This document shows, one piece after another, positions 55,769-64,000 of a DNA stretch of 64,000 bases. A program made the translations under genes and the position numbers. Below the pieces are notes generated by a model. That model was not told where the DNA came from. It was given only the letters and a program-made list of their open reading frames with translations, and did no database searches. The stretch lies in assembly GCA_964016885.1 (NCBI GenBank), contig OZ024750.1, positions 7,750,001-7,814,000 of the forward strand, read 5' to 3'. Each line of letters starts with the position of its first letter. Position 1 is the first letter of the stretch. Source of the stretch: Eledone cirrhosa. Taxonomy: Eukaryota.

Positions 55769-57265
55769 ATAAAATCTGGTTGTTTTCAGAAAGGACATTC
55801 ACTGTTACATATTGTAAATCATAACATCTATAGACTTTCTCTTCATGAAGTCAGACTTGAAAACAAAATAATTGATCAGTCTTAAGGTTTTCTAAGAATG
55901 GAAATATAATAAACGTTCGGAATAAAGAACATTTATATTTTCAACGAGTTATTACAGCAAAGATAACACTGACTGGCTTCGTTTTCAGATATCTGAATTA
56001 GTACAAAGAAATTCCGCTCTCTAATCGATGAAACATGTGACTATTGAACTTTTTCAACCAAATCAAATACGATGAATTTTCCAGGAACCGGAATCTCTGT
56101 TTAACAGACATAGTAACCACGGTCTTAAAAGCCGGGTCGGGAAAATCAATTTAATAAACTTAATAACATAAATATGACGAATAAGTTGATCTAGCAAGCT
56201 AGCCAATGTTGAGAAACGTTTTATTGTTTAAGAACATATATAAAAATAAGTGATAAAATTGAACTTGCCTCGTATTTCCGATGCAGCCAATATATATTTC
56301 GAGTGAAACTTCAGTGGAAATATTTTTATTTTCTATTTATTATTAGAACCAGCTTTATTTCCGGCTCTATTATTCTTACTTAAATGTAACGTAGGTTGTG
56401 TAGGCTGCTGTTGAAGTACTGAATAACTTGTAGCTACTCATTTCATTAATTTCCCCAACTAGCAGGCGTTGAATTCTTTCTCTTGATGTATTATTGAATG
56501 ACCATTTTCTTTTTTCTCTTTTTAAATAATTTTTACATCATAGAATTTCGATGACATCTCATTTCAAAAGACATGAATCTTACTGAACAAAAGTTGTTCA
56601 TTATTAATTCTGAAACTGAAGTAATTTCAGAGGCAAATTGAAAGATACAATTATTTTGTAATGACGATTTTAGAAGTTGAATCAATCGTCTATTAAGTTT
56701 TTTTATCATTTGTTTTACAATTAAATCATTGACTAACATTTTTTCAATACTAATTGCAATTTATAAAGAATGGTTTTAAGATATATATATATTTTTTAAT
56801 TATCAACTAGTTGGAATATGCAATCATAATCTGAAATATGACGTTTTAGTGATCCTTTGAAATCGAGCAATTTCTATGCTTTAGGAAACCTCATTAATCC
56901 AACGTAAATATCTGGCTTTTAAACGGTGATGAGATTTGTTTGGCAATCATGAGTTAAAAATGTGTAAATATCTGAATTCAATAGTTAATAAATTTAGTGA
57001 TGAATATATCTATACCTACAGAACATTTCGATAGCTTTGATCTCTGAAGATCATCAAGTATATTTCTTGTTTAGGTGTGAACTACACCTGATTGGAATCA
57101 AATAATATTTATCATAAACTAGCTCGTCTATTTAAGGGTATGTCTAGATATATATTATTCAAATTTTCTCCTGATATAAGAAGGTAGGATTCAATTAGCG
57201 GAAGACGTATTTGCTATTTCGAACAATCGAGCAACCAGGTAACCCGCAATAACTGTCATATTATA

Positions 57266-57452
57266 ATGGTTTTTACTTTTGGCACAAGGCCAGCAATTAA
57301 CCAGTAGATTACTGGTACTTTATTTTATCGACCCCGTAAGGATGAAAGGCAAAGTTAACCTCGACGGGATTTGAACTCAGACCGTAAAGGGACGTAACTA
57401 TGCTGGAAAGCATGGCGTCCAACCCTCTACCGATACTGCCAATTCACCGCCC
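57266..57452 (-). mobile_element. Same SINE family, full length
   Basis: Reverse complement of the 40983-type copy. Confidence 0.9.
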
Positions 57453-58128
57453 TGTCGTAATATAATAAGAAGGTAATAGTAAAGTCGGTACCGAGCTGGA
57501 TGGAATACTTTGTATAATGAATGTCGCTATGTTTCTACAAACCAGGTCAGGGGCCATCACATTTGGTAGCACACATGTGCAGAGAAATCCCTTAAATCTT
57601 TGATTTTACAAGTGAGCGAAAGTTCTACCACAAGCGTGCGATTTCCCTCTCTCTCTTGCATTAAACACTCATTTTCGGCATACCACTTTCCATGTTTCAG
57701 GAAACAAAATCTATTTACGTACTGTCATAGGTTTCTTCTCAAAATGCGTAAACTTGTGCTAAAGCCATAAATAAATATAACAGTCACCTAAGACCGTCAG
57801 TCAGTTTGAACATGATAATGACAATAGCAATAGGTCAACATATGTTAACTCGTAACTGAAGTCGTACTAAGTTTAGACAGGTATACGCTGTTAATATGTT
57901 GAGATTGCCAACATGCAACAGAATGTAACTCAGACTCTACTGAAGAAATACTTTCTATACATTATGAAACACGTCACACCACCACCACCACCACCACCAC
58001 TACTACCACTACTACCACCACCATTACTACTACTACTACTACTACTACTACGATTTGTAGTAGTTTTACATTTGATTTTAGTGTGTGTAATGTGTGTGCA
58101 TGCATAGCCTGTATGTGGTTTGTGTGTG

Positions 58129-58263
58129 ATGAGTGTGTAGTTGTGTATGTGTTGTGTGTGTCTGTGTGTGATGAGTGTGTAGTTGTGTATGTGTTGTGTG
58201 TGTTTGCGTGTCATGAGTGTGTAGTTGTGTATGTGTTGTGTGTGTTTGCGTGTCATGAGTGTG
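58129..58263. repeat. 42-bp GT-rich tandem repeat (~3 units)
   Basis: ATGAGTGTGTAGTTGTGTATGTGTTGTGTGT repeated. Confidence 0.9.
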
Positions 58264-58929
58264 AGTCGTGAGTACATGATTGCTTCTTCTCTCTCTTTAT
58301 ATCTGAATAAACGAATCTACGTGCAAGATTGTTTCCTTCCGGAAAAGTAGAAAGTGGCGTCAAAAGCGATACCTAAGGGAGATAATAAATTCGTTAAATC
58401 TAATAAGCACGTTCTGATTAAAAATAAAGCGAAAAAATAAAATAAATAAATAAATTAAATCTAGGGAAAATATTCCATAGGATTTCTTCCATTTCAAAAC
58501 ATTAAGGATATTATAGCACATATTAAACAATACATTCAGAAAATAAACATTTAGTTTCAATTTTGTTTGATACGTGGTTAAGGAAGTTTGCTTCGCAGTC
58601 ATGTTTCCCAATAGTTCCCCCAAACTGTAGCCACTTGGGAGAGATTTACCTCAACCTTGGATTAAGCAATAATGTATACGAGGAATTTAGTTGACGGAAA
58701 TGTACAGAATCCTGTAGTAACACACATTCACACATAGTCACATATACGCTCGCGCGCGCACACACACGCACATACGTAATGCGTAGACGCGGGAACTTTC
58801 GGTTCTGTATATCAGTGAAAGGTGTAAATATCATAGAGGAAAAAGATAGTCCGGTCTATTCGAAAGAAGTAACTTGCGATATTTGTTCCACATTTGTTCT
58901 TAATCTTCTTTAGGTTCTCTTTGTTCTTA

Positions 58930-59342
58930 TTCTTCTTTGTTTTCTCCTTCTACCACTTATTCTTGAGTGTCGTGTGAGTAGAGTCCTCAAACATTCTTTC
59001 AATCCTGTCAGAAGCAATCGTCTCCAACTGATCCGGCTAGATCCTGAAGCGACGCCAGTCAAGCTAATGGATATTATCCAACCATCTTGCTCGGGGTCTA
59101 CCCCTGGATCTCTTGCCCGTAAAATCTATCAATCTGGTTGGTTTTGCCCGTAAAATCTGTCCAGCGATTCTTCCCGGAGACATTCTGACCACATGCCCAT
59201 AGCATCGGAGCTGTAATCTCTGAATTCGGAGAAGTAGCGGCTCTACCTGGAGTGACTCTATTATCTCTGAGCTACGTACTCTATCAAGTAACGTTAGTCC
59301 AAAGACCCTTCGAAGGAATCCCATTTCGGCGGCTTGTAATTG
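58930..59342 (-). mobile_element. RTE-clade LINE 3' fragment
   Basis: Translation LQAAEMGFLRRVFGLTLLDRVRSSEI...LRCYGHVVRM...GKRSRGRPRARWLDNI is typical of the RTE ORF C-terminus. Confidence 0.9.
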
Positions 59343-61465
59343 GAAACGGTTGCATCTGACAGGATCCGCTGAAAGGAATGTTTGATGACTCTTCTCCCAC
59401 GACCAGCTGGGGAATAAGTGGGCGAAGACAAAGTTTAACAGAAGTTTTAAGATATACCGGTAATAATTTGATTCTGCTAGTATGGTTGCTATTTTTTTAG
59501 AAGCCATGATTAACAGAATTTATTTTTAAATATCAGTGTTCTCTCTTAGAGAGAATAAATTGTTGAGGAAATCAAATTTAGAAAGCATTTAGTGTTCTTG
59601 ATAGGCTTCTTTTAATTTCGATTTAGCGAAATAATTCAGTGCTGAGAGAGAAAGAAATATTGTGTTAATATTTTGAGCTGGATACAAATCTTAACAAATT
59701 CTGTTATATAGACTTCGATTGACAAGATCACAGACCTTATTCGCTGAGCGACTGGTGTGCCATATGTTTCATATATATCTTCATAGTGTCTAGATATTTA
59801 CCTGACGTTTACACTAATTACTAAAGTAAAGCTCTGTTTACTCACAACAAGAATATACTTTTAAAAACTCATTAAATTGTTTCCAAAAAATTGTTCTGGT
59901 TAATGGTGTGTGTATGGTAAACGGCTCCCTTAAAATAACATTTGTTTGAAAAGAATGTTGCCCTTAAAATTCCTTGTTGCCCTTAAAATTCCTTAATTCC
60001 AACCAAATAATTCTGGAAGATACGCATTATATCACGAAATTTTGTTGAACTAACGAGATTCCTCATTTGCAGACCAAGAAGCCATAGATTGTATTATATT
60101 AAGCAATAATAGCATTAGAATATGTGACACTTCCATTAGTTTCGAGAATGTTTTGAATAATTAACAAGTTGATTAGACCATTTTACTGTAATTTTATTTC
60201 TATGTGGAAAATGTGATTTTCATCGATCAATCTTATCTGCCAATCTATATAAATCCGGAGGATAATTACTCATAGAAAAACTTAATATCATCCACTAGAC
60301 AGAATAAATTGAAAAGTAGATCACATTTGTCTCATATTCAAAGCATATGTTGTATTCTAGAATGGGGATATAATATATAGTGAGGTTTCTATCAATATCT
60401 TAAAGAAACTGTGACTGCTCACATAGACCAACATACAAAAACACAGTCATTAATGGAAGCTATGATGAATATTATTACAAATTATAGCATGAAACGTATT
60501 ACTTCCTGTGTTTTCTGGTCAAATACAGAGCAGTAGAAATATCTTTTGCTCTGAGCCTCACATTAAGCTCCCTATTCATTTTGATCGAGATAGATACAAT
60601 AATCTGCAAAAGCAAGCCCTGCAAGATAAAATAATCCTTTCAGGCCATCCTTCTTTTCCCCAAGATTAATGTAGTCGCCATTTTATTCACCGTGTCAATT
60701 AAGCATTTCAATGAAACGCTGTGATATCTGTTGTTTAATAACCTTTTCGTGACCTCACTTCTTATGAAATACACTATATTCCAATAAATTCATGAAGATG
60801 ACAGATTTAATAAGATATTCATAATTCTATTGATAAGACAGTAACTTAACGTATATTTCTTATATAAAATGATATCAGAGGAATTTAATTTATAGAAGAA
60901 TAAATTATATTACATTATAGAAGAGGAAGAATATAATTCAAATAAGATCACATTAAAAAGGGTCGTTTCCTTTCATAGAATCAACGACTGGCTTGACTAC
61001 TTTGGTATCAAAAGGGTGTCTTTACAAAGAAAACGGAGATATTTATTAGCTATATATTGTTATTCAGATAGTGTTGGGGAAGAAACTTCTGTATAAATTT
61101 GAGACACGTAGTATAAAGCTTCAACTGATCTATTGGATTCGATGATTGATAAGAATCTTATTGTTTTAGTCAAGACAAATGAAGAAATGGTTCGGTGAGC
61201 AATAACGTAATGATTATAATTGCGTTTATGGCAGTCTTATTGTCATTCTGATTGTCATCATCTCATACAGTTTCTATCGTTCACCACTTACAAACTCATT
61301 CAATCTTTCACAAAAACCAATCCCATCTCTTGCTTTTGTGTATTTTACGTACATATATGTGTATATATACATATGTACATATATATATGTATATATATGT
61401 ATATATACATACGTATATATACATACATGCATGTATATATGTGTGTGTGTGTGTGTATATATGTG

Positions 61466-61523
<58 letters not shown>

Positions 61524-61526
<3 letters not shown>

Positions 61527-61860
61527 CGGCTGCCCCCTCGTTATTGAGTATGGCCATTGCCCGATATACCATTATTAATTAATTCTATCGAGCAATGCCT
61601 GTGCGTGAAGATATTTTTAGTGAGGAAAGAATGTGCACTGAGCCAATCCCACTCTCTGAGCGACAGTAGCTATAACCTGAAAAGAAGAAAAGATCAACAT
61701 CATCGGTAACTACTGAGCCGCAGGTTTTATATCGGAGTTATCCCAGTTTCCTGAGTTGCCTTCTCCTAGAAGAATGCCCTGAAAAAGGCTAGGGGTCCAT
61801 CACTCCCAGTAGTTTAACCGCGTGATCGGGTGTCCAGCCCGAGTATTTCTATGTCCCCGC
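61524..61860 (-). mobile_element. Non-autonomous retroelement (probably RTE-related); 3' end also at 33190-33229
   Basis: CAATGGCCATACTC.ATAACGAGGGGGCAGCC.TCAT is shared with 33190-33229 and abuts TA/TATG repeats. Confidence 0.45.
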
Positions 61861-61984
61861 GCATATACACACACATGCGCCCAATGTATATACACATATA
61901 CATATACATACACATGTACATGTGTATATACATATTTACACAGTTTGGGATGGCCGTTGACTCTTATGAGTTCTTCCGCCCTTT

Positions 61985-62090
61985 GTATATAAATGTATAT
62001 ATACATACATGTATATATATATGTGTGTGTGTGTATATATATATATATGTGTGTGTGTGTATATATATATATATAATGTGTGTGTGTATA

Positions 62091-62157
<67 letters not shown>

Positions 62158-63224
62158 GTATATATATATGTATATATATGTATATATATATATATGTATA
62201 CATATATATAGGTATATATATATGTATACATATATATAGGTATACACATATGTATATATATATATGTGTACACATATATATGTATACATATATGTATATA
62301 TATATGTGTATACATATATGTATATATATATATATGTATACATATATATAGGTATACATATATGTACATATATATATGTATATATATATATATATAGGTA
62401 TACATATATATATATATATATAGGTATACATATATGTATATATATATATAGGTATATATATATATATGTATATAGGTATATATATATATATATATGTATA
62501 TAGGTATATATATATGTATATAGGTATATATATATATATATATGTATATAGGTATATATATATATATATATGTATATAGGTATATATATATATATGTATA
62601 TAGGTATATATATATATATGTATATAGGTATATATATATATATGTATATAGGTATATATATATATATGTATATAGGTATATATATATATATGTATATAGG
62701 TATATATATATATATGTATATAGGTATAGATATATATGTATATAAGTATATATGTATATAGGTATATATATATATGTATATAGGTATATATATACATATG
62801 TATATAGGTATATGTATATAGGTATATATATATATATGTATATAGGTATATATATATATATATAGGTATATATATATATATGTATATAGGTATATATATA
62901 TATATGTATATAGGTATATATATATATGTATATAGGTATATATGTATATAGGTATATATATATATATGTATATAGGTATATATATATATGTATATAAGTA
63001 TATATGTATATAGGTATATATAGGTATATAGGTATATATATATATATATGTATATAGGTATATATATATATGTATATAGGTATATATATATATGTATATA
63101 GGTATATATATATATGTATATAGGTATATATATATATGTATATAGGTATATATATATATATATATGTATATAGGTATATATATATATATGTATATATATA
63201 TATGTATATAGGTATGTATATAGG

Positions 63225-63258
<34 letters not shown>

Positions 63259-63614
63259 GGTATATATATATATGTATATATATATAGGTATATATATATA
63301 TGTATATATATATAGGTATATATATATATGTATATAGATATATATATATGTATATAGATATATATATATGTATATAGATATATATATATGTATATAGGTA
63401 TATATATATATATATATATAGGTATACATATATGTATAAATGTATATAGGTATATATATATGTATATAGGTATATATATATATATATAGGTATACATATA
63501 TGTATAAATGTATATATGTATAAATATATATATATATATGTAAACATATGTGTGTGTATATATATATATATATATATGTAAACATGTGTGTGTATATATA
63601 TATATGTAAATATA

Positions 63615-63647
<33 letters not shown>

Positions 63648-63684
63648 GTAAACATATGTGTGTGTATATATATATATGTATACA

Positions 63685-63718
<34 letters not shown>

Positions 63719-63822
63719 GGTATACATATATGTATACCTATATATATATAGGTATACATATATGTATATATATATATAGGTATACATATATGTGTATATA
63801 TATATATATATATAGGTATACA

Positions 63823-63874
<52 letters not shown>

Positions 63875-63895
63875 TATACATATATGTATATATAA
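61985..63895. repeat. ~1.9-kb TA-rich satellite with TATGTATATAGG units
   Basis: Directly visible. Confidence 0.95.
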
Positions 63896-64000
63896 CGTGT
63901 GTGTTTCGGTTTTAAAACACGACAAATGTGTTCATTACCAAAGTAGAGAATATATATTAAATATTTATATTGTTCACAGACTACTTTTATTCCATGAAGT

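Overview
Very AT-rich, microsatellite-saturated animal DNA with no recognisable intact protein-coding gene. The SINE and LINE families look like those of Octopus or another coleoid cephalopod (inferred from recalled repeat consensus, not from a search). Almost all long ORFs in the track are (TA)n/(CA)n/(CT)n or trinucleotide artefacts. Ordinary content: about 20 copies of a tRNA-derived SINE, CORE/V-type SINEs, decayed LINE fragments (RTE, L1/Tx1, CR1/Jockey-group, CRE), a non-autonomous Helitron, piggyBac-type MITEs, minisatellites and two weak candidate exons on the minus strand. The main signal is the set of short unique islands embedded in (TA)n tracts. Five carry complete type-I hammerhead ribozyme folds with an intact CUGANGA...GAAA...UH core, and one more is the minimal loop-less form. 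Several others carry degenerate or half motifs, often with AATAAA/ATTAAA just downstream. At least eight unrelated families form asymmetric fold-backs (short arm plus long arm with an unpaired tail), and the fold-back point often sits at the ribozyme core. This fits a diverse population of (TA)n-targeting Penelope-like element (PLE) pseudo-LTR remnants or retrozyme-like elements.
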